NCBI GenBank assembly: GCA_030656145.1
Contig: JAUSOF010000093.1
Span: 93,468 to 157,467, forward strand
DNA length: 64,000 nt
From: Pseudomonas sp.
Lineage (GTDB): Bacteria > Pseudomonadota > Gammaproteobacteria > Pseudomonadales > Pseudomonadaceae
Direction: 5' to 3'
Position numbers and translations under genes: made by a program. The notes beneath the pieces are model-generated. The model had not been told where the DNA came from, did no database searches, and was given only the letters and a program-made list of their open reading frames with translations. Positions 41,476 through 53,068 of this stretch are shown here, piece by piece (the first letter of the stretch is position 1; every line of letters begins with the position of its first letter).

Positions 41476-42423
41476 ATGCATATCAAACTCGCCAACCCCC
41501 GCGGCTTCTGTGCCGGTGTCGACCGCGCCATCGAAATCGTCAACCGCGCCCTGGAAGTCTTCGGTCCGCCGATCTATGTGCGCCATGAAGTGGTGCACAA
41601 CAAGTTCGTGGTCGAAGACCTGCGCGCCCGCGGCGCCGTCTTCGTCGAAGAGCTGGATCAGATCCCCGACGACGTCATCGTCATCTTCAGTGCCCACGGC
41701 GTATCCCAGGCCGTGCGCAGCGAAGCCGAACGGCGTGGTTTGAAGATATTCGACGCCACCTGCCCGCTGGTGACCAAGGTGCACATGGAAGTGGTGCGCT
41801 ACAGCCGTGAAGGTTGCGAATGCATCCTTATCGGCCACGCCGGTCACCCGGAAGTCGAAGGCACCATGGGCCAGTACGACGCCAGCAACGGCGGCGCCAT
41901 CTACCTGGTGGAAGACGAGGCCGATGTCGAGCGCCTGCAAGTGCGCAACCCCGAGGCCCTGGCCTTCGTCACCCAGACCACCCTGTCGATGGACGACACC
42001 AGCAAGGTCATCGATGCCTTGCGCGCCAAGTTCCCAGCCATCGGTGGACCACGCAAGGACGACATCTGCTACGCCACCCAAAATCGCCAGGACGCGGTCA
42101 AGCAACTGGCCGCCGAAAGCGACGTGCTGCTGGTGGTCGGCAGTCCCAACAGCTCCAACTCCAACCGCCTGCGCGAACTGGCCGACCGCATGGGCACCCC
42201 TGCCTACCTGATCGACGGTGCCGAAGACCTCAAACGCGAATGGTTCGACGGCGTTGCCAGTATCGGTATTACTGCCGGCGCCTCCGCACCCGAGGTACTG
42301 GTGCGTGGCGTGGTTAGTCAATTGCAAGCTTGGGGCGCGGTAGGGGAGAGCGAGCTGGAAGGGCGACCGGAGAATGTGACGTTCTCGATGCCGAAGGAGT
42401 TGCGGGTGACGCGTCTCGATTAA
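41476..42423 (+). CDS. ispH: HMBPP reductase
   Basis: [48 protein letters not shown]. Confidence 0.98.
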   Translation: MHIKLANPRGFCAGVDRAIEIVNRALEVFGPPIYVRHEVVHNKFVVEDLRARGAVFVEELDQIPDDVIVIFSAHGVSQAVRSEAERRGLKIFDATCPLVTKVHMEVVRYSREGCECILIGHAGHPEVEGTMGQYDASNGGAIYLVEDEADVERLQVRNPEALAFVTQTTLSMDDTSKVIDALRAKFPAIGGPRKDDICYATQNRQDAVKQLAAESDVLLVVGSPNSSNSNRLRELADRMGTPAYLIDGAEDLKREWFDGVASIGITAGASAPEVLVRGVVSQLQAWGAVGESELEGRPENVTFSMPKELRVTRLD

Positions 42424-42626
42424 ATACTCTCGTGTCGGGACGCAGATCAACCGGCGGTTTAACGGTCTCTCGGGTGGGTTAGGCGCGCGCTGCCGATAGC
42501 GATGATCCGGCAATATCTGTTACGCGGCGCGCCACGATGGTGGTGCCTGATCGCTCAGCGCTTGGCTCCGCTAACCCACGACAGTGTTCCGACGTTTCAG
42601 GGCTGATGCGACACTAGTGCAGATCA

Positions 42627-42665
42627 AATAAAACCAAGCCCGGTCATTCCGGGCTTGGTTTTATT
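42627..42665. terminator. Bidirectional terminator between ispH and pilE
   Basis: AATAAAACCAAGCCCGG-TCATT-CCGGGCTTGGTTTTATT. Confidence 0.88.
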
Positions 42666-42668
42666 GGC

Positions 42669-43109
42669 TTAACGCCAGCACTGCTCAATGGTTTTTCCGC
42701 TTCCGCTTCGTCCTTTTACGCCTAAGGCATTCAGCGTGAGGTTTCCGCACTGGGCATCACCAATGGTCTGGTTGGCAGTCAGGGTGTATCCCCCATCGCC
42801 AGCCACCGAGCTGACCGCGAGCAGGTAATAACCATTCTCCGAAATGATCCTGTTGTTGCCGTCGATTTTGGGGAAGGCCAGGTTCGCAATGTTGGCAGGG
42901 ATGGTAACGTAGCTGTTGTTTTGGGCATAAAAGCGCTCTTGCCGTGCGGAAACTTCGCTCAGCAGCGCTTGCCCCTCTGCGCGTTTCGAGCGGGTCATGT
43001 ATTCCGTGTAGTTAGGTAAGGCGATAGCCGCCAGTACGCCAATAATTGCCACGGCTATCATCAGTTCAATCAGCGTGAAGCCGGCGCCATGTTTGCTGTG
43101 GGCTTTCAT
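42669..43109 (-). CDS. pilE: Type IV minor pilin
   Basis: G|[25 protein letters not shown]-terminal C-x-x-L-T-L...CWR. Confidence 0.93.
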   Translation of the reverse strand: MKAHSKHGAGFTLIELMIAVAIIGVLAAIALPNYTEYMTRSKRAEGQALLSEVSARQERFYAQNNSYVTIPANIANLAFPKIDGNNRIISENGYYLLAVSSVAGDGGYTLTANQTIGDAQCGNLTLNALGVKGRSGSGKTIEQCWR

Positions 43110-46100
43110 TGGAACTCCTCAGGGACGATATGCCAGCTCTGGCGGCCCGTGGTGTTAGGGTCATCGCCAACTGTACCTGGGTCATTCGCACCGTCGCTGC
43201 CATATATCTTATTGCCGGGCGCCAGGGTGAAGCCGCCAATTGCCGGGAAGCGGACGCCTGAAACAACATCATTTGCCGACCCATAGGTATCTTTGGAGTT
43301 AACTATCTGGTCATTGTTGAGGTCTAAAACATTGAACTTGGTTCTGCCTCCGGTGTATGCGCTGACACCATAAAGCCATGTGTCGGCGCCAGCTTTGCAA
43401 GGGTCCTGGTTAGGGGTCAGGCTGGTCACGAATAAGGTCTGGCCCCGCGCCGCCATGTTGTTGACGATCATTTCACCTGTCAGATTATTATTCACTGCAA
43501 GGTTGAGTTTCCAACCCCAGTGTTTGACTGATGTGTCAGCAGTGAAATTGGTCGTGCCAGCGTTATACCATTCGATCTGATTCTGGCTAAGGAGCCTGAT
43601 GTCGTTAACCGCGCTTTGATCTTCGTCGCCAATTACGGCGTTATTAACCTGGCTTGTGAACTGCTGTGCTCCCAGCTTGGTGCGGTCTGTTGCGCGCGCA
43701 GTACCGGTGGTTGTGGTTTGTCGTTTGGTTTGCCGATCCCATACGCCATAGAGCGTCATGGCACGACTGTTATCGACATTGGCATCGCTGTTTTCAAAGT
43801 ACTTGCCTGTGCCAAACAATACCAAGTAGCCATAACCACTAGGGTGGCGGACAAGGGAAGGCTGAATAGTAATGGCTTGCCGCTTGGCTGTTATGGCATC
43901 CGCATCTCTGGCGGTGAACAGCGGCTTGCCGCCATAGGCAATTTTGAGGTCAGAATTGATGGTTGTGACAGTGCTTCTTGCGAATGGATCACTTGTTGTA
44001 CTCGCGGCTGAGTCTGTCTTGATCAGGTCGAAACGCCACAGGTTACCTTGCAGGTCTCCGGCGTAGGCATAGTCGACCACGCCATCGCCGTTATTGTCTG
44101 CGCCGCGGACGCTGGACAAGCCGTTGCTGAGGGTTACGCCAGCGTCGACTACATCGGGCACGACCAGCTTTTTGAGTAGATTGCCCGTTTTGATATCGAA
44201 GATCATCAAGGCTGCGCGGTCATTGGTGCTGTTGTACCCATTGCCCATCAATACGGCCCACTCGCCGGTATGCAGTCGGGTAATCTCTGGTTGGGCAAAG
44301 GTATAGCCCAGGTCACTGTCGTTGGATGAGTCGAACTCCCAGAGTAATTTGATGTTCTCGGGGTCGGTGATGTCCAGGGCGAACAGTGCTTTACCCCCCG
44401 CCCGGAGCGTGCCGATCAAAATGGTACGCCAGCCCTCATTTTCGGCATCGCCGAAATAAACATCCCTGACAATTGGCGAGCCATCAACATAAAAGTGGTG
44501 TGCTCCACCTTGGTAATTCTGACCCGTGAGGCGGTACAGGTTCTTGATGACCTCGGTAGGGATAAAGGCGAATTCTTCTTTGCCGGTTTTGGCATTGAAG
44601 CCATGCAGCATGCCGTCGTTACCGCCCACGTAGATCATTTCTTTGCGGATGGTCTTCTGGTTCGCAGTACGGAAATCTGCATAGCTTTTGTAGTTGAGGT
44701 TTGCTCCGCTTGGGTTTTCTATTCGGTCGGCCAGGTACGCCAGGTAGGCAGGGGTGCCAACGACCACGGGGCTGGAGTTGACAATATCGCCGATGATCGT
44801 GCTGCGCTTCCTGAACGTTGTGCTTTCAGTGCCTTCCTGGCTTCTGTCACCGCGAATATAAGCGACGCGGCCTGTTCCTTTGTTATCGGTACCGTTATTC
44901 AGGCTGGCGGGGTCAAGATTAAGCCAGCCTTGTTGAAGAGTGTCCAAATTACTCCAAGTGAAATTCTTGAGTTTGCTTGTTGCGTTGCTGGTGTCTTTGA
45001 TCATGACTTTTCGAGTGGAGGCAACTATGTTCTGGTTTTCGCTTTTGGCGCTCCACTGAAGGGTTTGTACCCCATTACTGCTGATCAGTGTTTTGGTCAG
45101 TTCGCCGCTCCAGTCTTCGCTGGAAAACTGGGTTGCATATACATTGCTTTGAATACTGTTGTCGGTGGCATCAGAAACGAAAGAGGCCGATACGGCGGGG
45201 CGCGCTGCTGACGAGGTGCGGTCGGCGATTCGGTTGAGAATGTCCTTGAACGCCTTGACCATGTCGTCGGGGCTTTCGACGCTGAAGAATTCGCCACGTG
45301 AGTTAATCGCGGCATGCCAAAGGTCGTAAACGTTATTGGCATTGCTGTCAGATGCCGCAGGCCAGTTGGCGTTGCCGTTGAGAATGTTAAGGTAGCCGCC
45401 GTTGAAGGTGGAGCCTTCCCAGGGGACATTTGCGTTATTGAGGGCTTCACTCAGGCCAAGGCCTACCATGTAGTTGGTCATGTGCTGCCAGTTAGCGGGG
45501 TTGTTGCGTGGATCCCAATACTCGGCGGTGGCATTGCTGTTTTTTTCGCGAACGTAGGGCTTGATGTCGTTGTTCAGGTTGGACAGGTCGGTCGCCCAGT
45601 AGTGCATGGCCAGATCGGCTAGGGTGCTGGTGGTCGCATCCGCATAGGGCCGACGGGTCTTCACGTAACTGGTGCCATCTGGCAGGGTGAAATCGACATG
45701 ATCGGGACGTAGGGCATTGGTCGGGGTGCCATTGGCGCCGTTCCACATGCCGTCAGTCATCATGATGTGGAAGCTTGGGCGGCAGGCGTGCATGGGATTC
45801 TGAACAGTGCTGCTGGTGGTGCCGGTTGTTGTGTAGGGGTTGGGGTTCAGCGACCAGGCCGTGTTGCTTTGTAGAAATTTACCGGCACGATCAAGCGTTT
45901 CTCGCAGCGGGGTGCCGCCCGAGAAGCTGACGTCAGTTAGCCAGGTCAGGAAGTTCGACTTGTGGCGGTCGCTGAACACCCGAAAACGGTTGTCACCGCA
46001 ACCGCTGCTGTTGTTGAAGGTGGTGCAGTTATTCAGACTCTGCCAGGTGAGGCGTACGGCCGATGACATGTCATAGAATGCCAGGTGTGCGGCACTCTGA

Positions 46101-46960
46101 GTAGCCAATGCGCGGTCGCGATAAAAGGAATACCAGATAGCGAAGTTCTGTTGCCCGCTGGAGGTAACTAGGCGCAGCCTGTAGCAATCGTCGTTACCGC
46201 GCGCGCTGCTGCCTGTGCAGCCGCTCAGGCCCGGATCCAAGACGTAGTAATAGGCCGGCACGCTAAGGGTGCGCAGATCTACAGTGGCCGTGTTGCTACT
46301 GCGTGAGCAGGGCACGCTGGAAAAACTGATCCCTCCCCAGCTGGCTGTTGCAGTGCAGCCAGAGCCCGTTCGACTGATATTGTAAGTAACGCCTCCCTGT
46401 GTGGTCAGAGTTGCATTGGGGGAGCTGCTTGTGACTGTCGCGGTGACCTGAAAGTCTTCGGCCGGATTTTCAGCCAGCTCCTTAACGCTGCCGAAACCGT
46501 TGACCCCATAGCTGCAGTTGCCGACAAGATCACGGGTACAGTACCAAGTGGCGCGGTAGCTGTTGGACAGATTGACTGTCCCGAAGGCCGGCTTGAAGCC
46601 CATGTGACGTGCGCTGGTAAAATTAGTGCTATAGACCAAGTCCGAGCCGTTGACGTTGGTTCCCATAGGAACGACGTAGGTAATGTTCGGGTTGTAGTAA
46701 ATCGGGTTGAAGTTAGCAGACTTGGCCCGCTTGGTGCGCATGATTGTGTCTGCGGCAATCGAATCGGGGACATGCGCGCGCTTCATTGAGCCCGAGTCGT
46801 CGATGCTGAAGGTCAGGTTTGGGGCCACCGATTCGACCAAGATTAAAGGTTTCTGGCTGACGTCCAGGGTCGCGGCAGTAGCAGAGAGCATACCGCTGAA
46901 GTAAATAGTAAAGCCGAGGGCGCTAAGCAATGTTTTGTACGTGGTGTTCAGCGTTTTCAT
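43106..46960 (-). CDS. pilY1: Type IV pilus adhesin PilY1 (1284 aa)
   Basis: Signal peptide, IDDSGSM and GGTPL vWA-like motifs, [26 protein letters not shown], Ca-loop [22 protein letters not shown]. Confidence 0.93.
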   Translation of the reverse strand: MKTLNTTYKTLLSALGFTIYFSGMLSATAATLDVSQKPLILVESVAPNLTFSIDDSGSMKRAHVPDSIAADTIMRTKRAKSANFNPIYYNPNITYVVPMGTNVNGSDLVYSTNFTSARHMGFKPAFGTVNLSNSYRATWYCTRDLVGNCSYGVNGFGSVKELAENPAEDFQVTATVTSSSPNATLTTQGGVTYNISRTGSGCTATASWGGISFSSVPCSRSSNTATVDLRTLSVPAYYYVLDPGLSGCTGSSARGNDDCYRLRLVTSSGQQNFAIWYSFYRDRALATQSAAHLAFYDMSSAVRLTWQSLNNCTTFNNSSGCGDNRFRVFSDRHKSNFLTWLTDVSFSGGTPLRETLDRAGKFLQSNTAWSLNPNPYTTTGTTSSTVQNPMHACRPSFHIMMTDGMWNGANGTPTNALRPDHVDFTLPDGTSYVKTRRPYADATTSTLADLAMHYWATDLSNLNNDIKPYVREKNSNATAEYWDPRNNPANWQHMTNYMVGLGLSEALNNANVPWEGSTFNGGYLNILNGNANWPAASDSNANNVYDLWHAAINSRGEFFSVESPDDMVKAFKDILNRIADRTSSAARPAVSASFVSDATDNSIQSNVYATQFSSEDWSGELTKTLISSNGVQTLQWSAKSENQNIVASTRKVMIKDTSNATSKLKNFTWSNLDTLQQGWLNLDPASLNNGTDNKGTGRVAYIRGDRSQEGTESTTFRKRSTIIGDIVNSSPVVVGTPAYLAYLADRIENPSGANLNYKSYADFRTANQKTIRKEMIYVGGNDGMLHGFNAKTGKEEFAFIPTEVIKNLYRLTGQNYQGGAHHFYVDGSPIVRDVYFGDAENEGWRTILIGTLRAGGKALFALDITDPENIKLLWEFDSSNDSDLGYTFAQPEITRLHTGEWAVLMGNGYNSTNDRAALMIFDIKTGNLLKKLVVPDVVDAGVTLSNGLSSVRGADNNGDGVVDYAYAGDLQGNLWRFDLIKTDSAASTTSDPFARSTVTTINSDLKIAYGGKPLFTARDADAITAKRQAITIQPSLVRHPSGYGYLVLFGTGKYFENSDANVDNSRAMTLYGVWDRQTKRQTTTTGTARATDRTKLGAQQFTSQVNNAVIGDEDQSAVNDIRLLSQNQIEWYNAGTTNFTADTSVKHWGWKLNLAVNNNLTGEMIVNNMAARGQTLFVTSLTPNQDPCKAGADTWLYGVSAYTGGRTKFNVLDLNNDQIVNSKDTYGSANDVVSGVRFPAIGGFTLAPGNKIYGSDGANDPGTVGDDPNTTGRQSWHIVPEEFQ

Positions 46961-47013
46961 GAGTTTCTCCCTGAAAACAGCATTACGTATATTTCATTCA
47001 TACGTAACATAGA

Positions 47014-47574
47014 TTATTCGGTTTCGATCCGGCCTTTTGAATTCAGGGCAACTGTGGATCTTATTGCTGTTTTCATGTTGTCGCTTTTTGCAACACCGTT
47101 GACTTCATAACGGAAAATGCCAATACCCAACATCATGTTGCCGTATTCGGGGTTTTCGCTTTGGCCCAGGTTGTCGCCGGCCGGTGCAATCAATGCGTAC
47201 CACTGCGTACTGTTTTTCTGTGTGGTTCCGTCGTTGGGCGAGTAGGTCTGCATCTCCGCCGCGCTTACTGCATAGGTCGGGTCGTCCGCGAGCAAACACA
47301 GCTTTTTGGGGTCAATGTCTGCGCAATCCGCTACCGGCTCCTGTGGGCCGCGCTCGACAGTGCGGCGCTCGCCGTCACGCAGGGCTGATTCGGCCTCACC
47401 CATCAAACGTTTGTTCTCAACTACGTTGCCAGTAATCCGTGCTTCAAGCGCAACTTCACGCATGCTGGAAATGGCCAATACAGTAATGATCAAGAGGAAC
47501 ACCAGGGCAAGCAGCAGAGTCACGCCTTGCTGGCTCGTTCTGCGAGAGAGGGTATTCTGGTTATTTGCTCTCAT
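47014..47574 (-). CDS. pilX: Type IV minor pilin
   Basis: QQG|VTLLLALVFLLIITVLAISSMR, lacking Glu5 as typical of PilX. Confidence 0.88.
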   Translation of the reverse strand: MRANNQNTLSRRTSQQGVTLLLALVFLLIITVLAISSMREVALEARITGNVVENKRLMGEAESALRDGERRTVERGPQEPVADCADIDPKKLCLLADDPTYAVSAAEMQTYSPNDGTTQKNSTQWYALIAPAGDNLGQSENPEYGNMMLGIGIFRYEVNGVAKSDNMKTAIRSTVALNSKGRIETE

Positions 47575-48344
47575 GGCATGCGGTTCCTCATGCTGATGCT
47601 ACTCGATAGCATGTTGTAAAGTTTCTTATCGATTGGCGCCGTGCCAAACCAGTAGGAGTACACAGCACTGCTTGGTTCTTTGGTGATTTCGGTACTGCTG
47701 GCAACAAGTGTTGAAAATTTAATCGCGCGTACTTCGTTGGCATTGGGGTCTTTGGCATAGCGTGCTACGACCTTTTCTTCATTGTTATTGAAACCGTATT
47801 CGAAGTTCATGGCGGTAATGTTGGATGCGATCTGTTGGGCGCCATCACCTGTTGGCGTGGTGGCCGAATAGCTTCTGCAGGTCAGATTGAGCGATGTGTT
47901 GTCTGTAGCCGATACGGTCAGTTCGTAGATAGAGGTTATGACATTGGCATCCGTATAAGGCTCGCTAGATATTCCGGCTATAGTGTTGCCCTCACAGGTT
48001 CTGGCGTTGCTAAACGCAGGCTGGTAGCGCAGGCAAAACTTGGTGTCGTTGACACGGCGCACCACCTGGCCAGGGTTGAAGGTTCCGCAGCCCGGTATCG
48101 TTACGCTGGGGAATGCGTTAGCAGGCTCTTCATCGGGGCGTCTGCGGTAGCCGGTTTTGGCAAATTCCTGCTCCAGCAGGAGAATGGCAAAACGACCGTT
48201 CTCGATATTGTTGGCCTGGCCTTGCTGAAAGAGATAGCTCTGTTTGTTGTCTAGGTAGACCTGAGTGATACCCAGGATCAGAAAGCTGCTGATCAGCAGT
48301 GCTACCAGTAGCTCGATGATGGAAATGCCATGTTGTCTGTTCAT
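47571..48344 (-). CDS. pilW: Type IV minor pilin
   Basis: QHG|ISIIELLVALLISSFLILG, NIENGRFA. Confidence 0.9.
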   Translation of the reverse strand: MNRQHGISIIELLVALLISSFLILGITQVYLDNKQSYLFQQGQANNIENGRFAILLLEQEFAKTGYRRRPDEEPANAFPSVTIPGCGTFNPGQVVRRVNDTKFCLRYQPAFSNARTCEGNTIAGISSEPYTDANVITSIYELTVSATDNTSLNLTCRSYSATTPTGDGAQQIASNITAMNFEYGFNNNEEKVVARYAKDPNANEVRAIKFSTLVASSTEITKEPSSAVYSYWFGTAPIDKKLYNMLSSSISMRNRMP

Positions 48345-48346
48345 GC

Positions 48347-48868
48347 TTAAAGTTCTCCGCGGATGCTGAGGCGGCATATGCTGGGGTCTGCATCTTCGGC
48401 GGTGTTGAGATCCAGGCATCCTTCACCGACAGCGCGCCATGCGAGCTGGATTTCGATAGCGGAACCGTCGTCGCAGGCGGCCGGGGTCTTGGAGCGGCAA
48501 GCATGAAACTCATCTTTAAGGGTGTCGGCGTCGGGTAGCAGCAGGCGCACAGTGTTTGCCCAGCACGCCAGTTGCTTTTCAACGTCGGAGTTCTCAGTGG
48601 GTGCTGAGCCGTCACAGGAAATAGTGTCATCGTTGGCGGGCAGTTCGGTCAGGAGATACTCGCTGCTGTCATTGGGGTTGGCGCGAATCATTTCCATCAG
48701 TTCGGTGGCGAGCATCGCCGCGTTGTTCCGCTGGGCGGAGTCTTGGGTGTACTGGATGCTGCGACCTTGCATCGCGACCAGGCCAAGCATGCCAATGGTG
48801 AGCAGAACCAGGGTCACCATGACTTCGATCAGGCTGAAGCCTTTGTTGTTAAATCGTTGACTGTTCAT
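48347..48868 (-). CDS. pilV: Type IV minor pilin
   Basis: KG|FSLIEVMVTLVLLTIGMLGLVAMQ, ELMEMIRAN. Confidence 0.92.
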   Translation of the reverse strand: MNSQRFNNKGFSLIEVMVTLVLLTIGMLGLVAMQGRSIQYTQDSAQRNNAAMLATELMEMIRANPNDSSEYLLTELPANDDTISCDGSAPTENSDVEKQLACWANTVRLLLPDADTLKDEFHACRSKTPAACDDGSAIEIQLAWRAVGEGCLDLNTAEDADPSICRLSIRGEL

Positions 48869-49347
48869 AGTGTGCAATTCTCTAGCTCGACGTTTTCATC
48901 ATCCTTGCCACGTGGGTTGATGCGTGTGTGGCCGCTGGGTTGCACGGTGATCTGATAGGCGGTTTCAGGCTTTTCGTCGCGGCAGAGCACAATGTTCAGT
49001 TCTGAGGCGCTGCCATTGGCAAAGTAAGTCAGCGCCACGGGGCTAGGCGCGGTCGTTATCGTTGCTTGTGCAGTGTTGAATGTTTCCTCGCGGATTGGCT
49101 GCCCGCCCAGGCTGACGGTCCAGACGTTGTTCACATTGCTGACGAGAACCTGAGTGCGTCTGATAACAGCCTCGCCGCGAGCGAATTGCAGCAGGCTGTT
49201 GAGTGACTGCGTTTGGGCTTCGAGCTGATTGTTGCGGATCAGCCCGGCAAAGTTGGGGACGGCAATGCCGACGACAATCGCCAGCAGTGCGATCGTGATC
49301 ATCAGTTCGATCAGGGTGAATCCATGCATGTCGGTGCGGCGTGACAT
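48865..49347 (-). CDS. fimU: GspH/FimT-family minor pilin (FimU position)
   Basis: HG|[32 protein letters not shown]. Confidence 0.88.
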   Translation of the reverse strand: MSRRTDMHGFTLIELMITIALLAIVVGIAVPNFAGLIRNNQLEAQTQSLNSLLQFARGEAVIRRTQVLVSNVNNVWTVSLGGQPIREETFNTAQATITTAPSPVALTYFANGSASELNIVLCRDEKPETAYQITVQPSGHTRINPRGKDDENVELENCTL

Positions 49348-49534
49348 GGTGCGCTCCATCAAAATTCTTGAGCGGATAATGGTGTGGCGCCGGCACTTTG
49401 TCCCCGGCGCCGGGACAACTGGCACCTTTGGGTGGATGGCCGGTTGACGGTGTGGTCACCTGGGTTGTGTGGGGGCCGCATGGTGCTCTTCGCCACGCGT
49501 TGGCGCATGCTCGGGGGTTACGCAGGTTGCCAAT

Positions 49535-50059
49535 TCAGGCACTACAGCGTGCGGCATCGGCTGCGTTTTCTGCGGGGCTTCCGACTCTCAGTCGTCCTTG
49601 ACGGTTGATGATCAGCTGCCAGGCGATTTTTTGTTTGTGGCATTGGTAAAAGCGGCCGTTGCCAGTAGTGGTGGTGCCGTTGGCATGAAAGCGGATGCTT
49701 TTACCAAAGCCACTCCAGCGCAGTTCGCCGGGGGTAGGGAGTTGCGCGACACTCAGTACATTCTGTGTGGCTATTACTTGCGTGAGCCAGCCATTTGCCC
49801 AGTTGGCATTGCATGTGTGGGCGTTGCTGGTGCCGCATAACTCGACAGCCTTGCGCTGCAGGACTGCGGTCAATCGGGCGTTTTGTATGGCGTGCTGTAC
49901 ATGGTTGCGCAGGGCTTGCTGGCGGTTGCTAGCGATCAGTTCGGCAAACGCTGGCAGGGCTATCGAGCTGACGATAGCGAGCAGTGCGAGGGTGGTCAGC
50001 AGTTCAATCAGGGTAAAGCCTTGAACTCGGTTGCTTAGCATTTTGCACTTCCTTTGCAC
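49535..50059 (-). CDS. fimT: GspH/FimT-family minor pilin
   Basis: QG|FTLIELLTTLALLAIVSSIALPAF, LIINRQGRLR; start may be 50041. Confidence 0.88.
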   Translation of the reverse strand: MQRKCKMLSNRVQGFTLIELLTTLALLAIVSSIALPAFAELIASNRQQALRNHVQHAIQNARLTAVLQRKAVELCGTSNAHTCNANWANGWLTQVIATQNVLSVAQLPTPGELRWSGFGKSIRFHANGTTTTGNGRFYQCHKQKIAWQLIINRQGRLRVGSPAENAADAARCSA

Positions 50060-50241
50060 GTATTATGGGCAGCCATCCTGGCTGTCTACGGTTTTGCTTG
50101 GCTCGCCTGGTCAGTAGTGGCGCATGCGATGTTCACAGTTCGCGCTTTAGGCAACAGTCGAGCGTATGAATTCTTTTAGTTCAGCAGGCCCGTAAGTCAA
50201 GGCGAAGGCAGTAGTCGTGTTACCCAGAACTTGGAGGGCGT

Positions 50242-51336
50242 GTGAGTAAAGAGACAGTTGTTGTCGGTGCTGGCGTTATTGGCTTGTTGTCAGCCTATGG
50301 CCTGGCCGCGAATGGAGTGAGGGTGACCTTGCTCGATCGCCAACAGGTTGGCCAGGAATCCTCCTGGGCCGGTGGCGGTATCGTTTCGCCGCTGTACCCC
50401 TGGAACTACAGCCCGGCGGTGACGGCGTTGGCGCACTGGTCGCAGGATTTCTATCCGCAGCTGGGGGCGAAGTTGCTGGAGGATACCGGTGTCGACCCCG
50501 AGGTGTATGTCACCGGCCTGTACTGGCTGGATCAGGAGCAGGCCGCCCCCTTGGCCTGGGCTGCGCGTGAGCAGCGGCCGATGCAGGCGGTGCCCGTTGA
50601 GGCGGTGTATCGGGCGGTGCCGGCGTTGGCCGAGGGCTTCTCGCAGGCGTTGTTCATGTCGGGGGTGGCCAATGTGCGTAATCCGCGCTTGATCAAGGCA
50701 CTACGTGCCGCGCTGGCGCAGATGCCGAATGTGACGGTGCATGAGCAGTGTGCGGTCAGCGGGTTTATCCGCGACGGCGAGCGGATTTGTGGCGTGCATA
50801 CTTCAATGGGGGAGATGCGTGCCGATAGCGTGGTGGTCGCCGCTGGCGCCTGGAGTGGCGAGTTGTTGCGCAACTTGGGTGTCGAGTTGCCAGTCGAGCC
50901 GGTGAAGGGGCAGATGATCCTCTACAAGTGTGCCGAGGATTTTCTCACCAGTATCGTGCTGGCCAACGGGCGCTATGCGATTCCGCGGCGCGATGGTCAT
51001 GTCCTGATTGGCAGTACGCTGGAGCATGTGGGGTTCGACAAGACGCCTACCGAAGAAGCCCTGGCCAGTCTCAAGGCGTCGGCGGTCGGGCTGTTGCCAG
51101 CGCTGGTGGATGCCGAGGTGGTGGGTCATTGGGCCGGGTTGCGCCCAGGTTCGCCGGAGGGGATTCCCTTTATCGGCCCGGTGCCGGGGTATGACGGGCT
51201 CTGGTTGAACTGCGGGCATTTCCGTAATGGCCTGGTGCTGGCGCCGGCCTCCTGCCAATTGTTGACCGATCTGCTGCTCGGGCGTGAGCCGATCATCGAT
51301 CCGACGCCTTACGCGCCCGAAGGGCGTTTGGGTTGA
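50242..51336 (+). CDS. thiO: Glycine oxidase / FAD-dependent D-amino-acid oxidase
   Basis: VVVGAGVIG, SSWAGGGIVSP, PVKGQM, WAGLRPGSP, GHFRNGLVLAPAS. Confidence 0.9.
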   Translation: MSKETVVVGAGVIGLLSAYGLAANGVRVTLLDRQQVGQESSWAGGGIVSPLYPWNYSPAVTALAHWSQDFYPQLGAKLLEDTGVDPEVYVTGLYWLDQEQAAPLAWAAREQRPMQAVPVEAVYRAVPALAEGFSQALFMSGVANVRNPRLIKALRAALAQMPNVTVHEQCAVSGFIRDGERICGVHTSMGEMRADSVVVAAGAWSGELLRNLGVELPVEPVKGQMILYKCAEDFLTSIVLANGRYAIPRRDGHVLIGSTLEHVGFDKTPTEEALASLKASAVGLLPALVDAEVVGHWAGLRPGSPEGIPFIGPVPGYDGLWLNCGHFRNGLVLAPASCQLLTDLLLGREPIIDPTPYAPEGRLG

Positions 51337-51386
51337 GAGCTCATGCTCAACGGAGCGCATCATCCCGTGCGGGGGCGGCGTTTTTG

Positions 51387-51632
51387 TAGGATGGCGTTGA
51401 GCGCAGCGATACCCATCACAGCGATCTGCGGCAAACCAATAAAATCCGCCGGAGGGGCAGCTGTTTGATGGGTATCGCTGCGTTCAACCGCATCCTACGA
51501 AAGCCCTGCGGTCACCAATCGGCCAGTGCGTCGTCGGCAGGCACGCGGTCTGCGCTGTTAATCCAGTGGTCTGGTTTTGCGTGTGCATGCAGGGTGTTGT
51601 GATGGGTATCGCTATGCTCAACGCCATCCTAC
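51387..51632. repeat. REP cluster, GTAGGATG...GATACCCATC family (one doublet plus one unpaired arm)
   Basis: Forward arm at ~51387; reverse arms GATGGGTATCGC...CATCCTAC at ~51467 and 51601. Confidence 0.8.
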
Positions 51633-51677
51633 AGAAGCCCAGGCGCCAGCCCGTTGATCGGATTATTCCCCGCCCAT

Positions 51678-51717
51678 AAAAAAATGCCGCGCACTTGTCT
51701 CAAGTGCGCGGCATTTT
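51678..51717 (-). terminator. bamD terminator
   Basis: AAAAAAATGCCGCGCACTTG-TCT-CAAGTGCGCGGCATTTT. Confidence 0.88.
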
Positions 51718-51749
51718 GCTGAAGCTCGCGGTTGAGGCGCTTCAGTTGC

Positions 51750-52751
51750 TCAGTCGAACAGGCCGAAGGTCATGTAGCTGAACCAGGAGCGCTTGCTGCC
51801 TTGGGTTGCCTGGCTGGTTTGGTCTTCGCTGGTCGATTTCAGCTCTTCGGGGATTTGTTCGGCAGCGTCTTCGTACTGACGGATCACGTCCTGGCTGGCG
51901 CGGGTTTCGCCCGGCGGCAGCGGTGTGTCGCTTTCGATCAGGCCGAGAGTGGCTTTGGCCAGCCAGGAGCGACCGTCGCTTTCTTCCTCGCGCGGCACGA
52001 ATTTGCCGTCGGCCAGGCTGGGGTGATCCGGGTAGTTGAGCGTGAGGGCTTCCAGGCTGGTTGCGGCCAGGTCGTCCAGGGTCAGGCGCTGGTAAGCCTC
52101 GGTCATGACTGCCAGGCCGTCACCAACTGAAGGCGTTTCCTGGAAGTTTTCCACCACATAACGGCCACGGTTTGCTGCGGCGACGTAAGCCTGGCGAGTC
52201 AGGTAGTAGTGAGCTACATGGATTTCATACGCGGCCAGCAGGTTGCGCAGGTAGATCATGCGCTGCTTGGCATCCGGGGCATAGCGGCTGTTCGGGTAGC
52301 GGCTGGTGAGCTGGGCGAACTCGTTGTAAGAGTCGCGAGCGGCACCGGGGTCGCGCTTGGTCATGTCCAGCGGCAGGAAGCGGGCAATCAAACCACGATC
52401 CTGGTCGAAGGAGGCAAGGCCCTTGATGTAGTAGGCGTAGTCGACATTCTGGTGCTGCGGATGCAGGCGAATGAAACGCTCGGCTGCAGACCTTGCGGCT
52501 TCCGGCTCTGAGTTCTTGTAGTAGGCGTAGACCAGCTCCAGCTGGGCCTGTTCGGCATAGCGGCCGAACGGGTAGCGTGACTCGAGAGCCCTGAGCTTGG
52601 TCACTGCACTGGTGTAGCTCTTGTTGTCCAGATCGCTTTGAGCCTGCTGATACAGCTCGGTCTCACTCAGGTTCTCGTCAAGAACCTCTTTGGACGAGCA
52701 GGCAGCGGTAAGGGCGAGGATGGCGATCAGCAGCAGGTGTCTCACTTGCAT
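51750..52751 (-). CDS. bamD: Outer-membrane assembly lipoprotein BamD (ComL)
   Basis: Lipobox [47 protein letters not shown]. Confidence 0.96.
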   Translation of the reverse strand: MQVRHLLLIAILALTAACSSKEVLDENLSETELYQQAQSDLDNKSYTSAVTKLRALESRYPFGRYAEQAQLELVYAYYKNSEPEAARSAAERFIRLHPQHQNVDYAYYIKGLASFDQDRGLIARFLPLDMTKRDPGAARDSYNEFAQLTSRYPNSRYAPDAKQRMIYLRNLLAAYEIHVAHYYLTRQAYVAAANRGRYVVENFQETPSVGDGLAVMTEAYQRLTLDDLAATSLEALTLNYPDHPSLADGKFVPREEESDGRSWLAKATLGLIESDTPLPPGETRASQDVIRQYEDAAEQIPEELKSTSEDQTSQATQGSKRSWFSYMTFGLFD

Positions 52752-53068
52752 GGCGGCTTGCGTCCCTGTGACGGCGGCTGTCTTGAGCAAAGCCGTCCTG
52801 TTATGATGAGCGCCCCCGGTGACCCTGGGGCAAAGACGCCGTATTTAACCACAAGCGCGTAGCCGAAACCAAAAGTAGGTCCAGCTGGCATTTCATTTTG
52901 GCCGCAGGCTTACGGGTTGCGCTGCAAATGCAGCCAGTTCGTAGTGACGGGCTGGCCAATGTAGTGGCTACTGGGCGGCGTCTCACGCCTTGCCTGGCCT
53001 GATTTGTCGCGGCAATCGGCGTGTAATGAACCATCCACCGACCCTTGAGTCCCCCACTGTTGCCGAGC

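Noticed and set aside
44845-44865. RGD integrin-binding motif in PilY1 (YIRGD)
   Set aside because: The Y(L/I)RGD motif is broadly conserved in PilY1 proteins; not a distinctive feature
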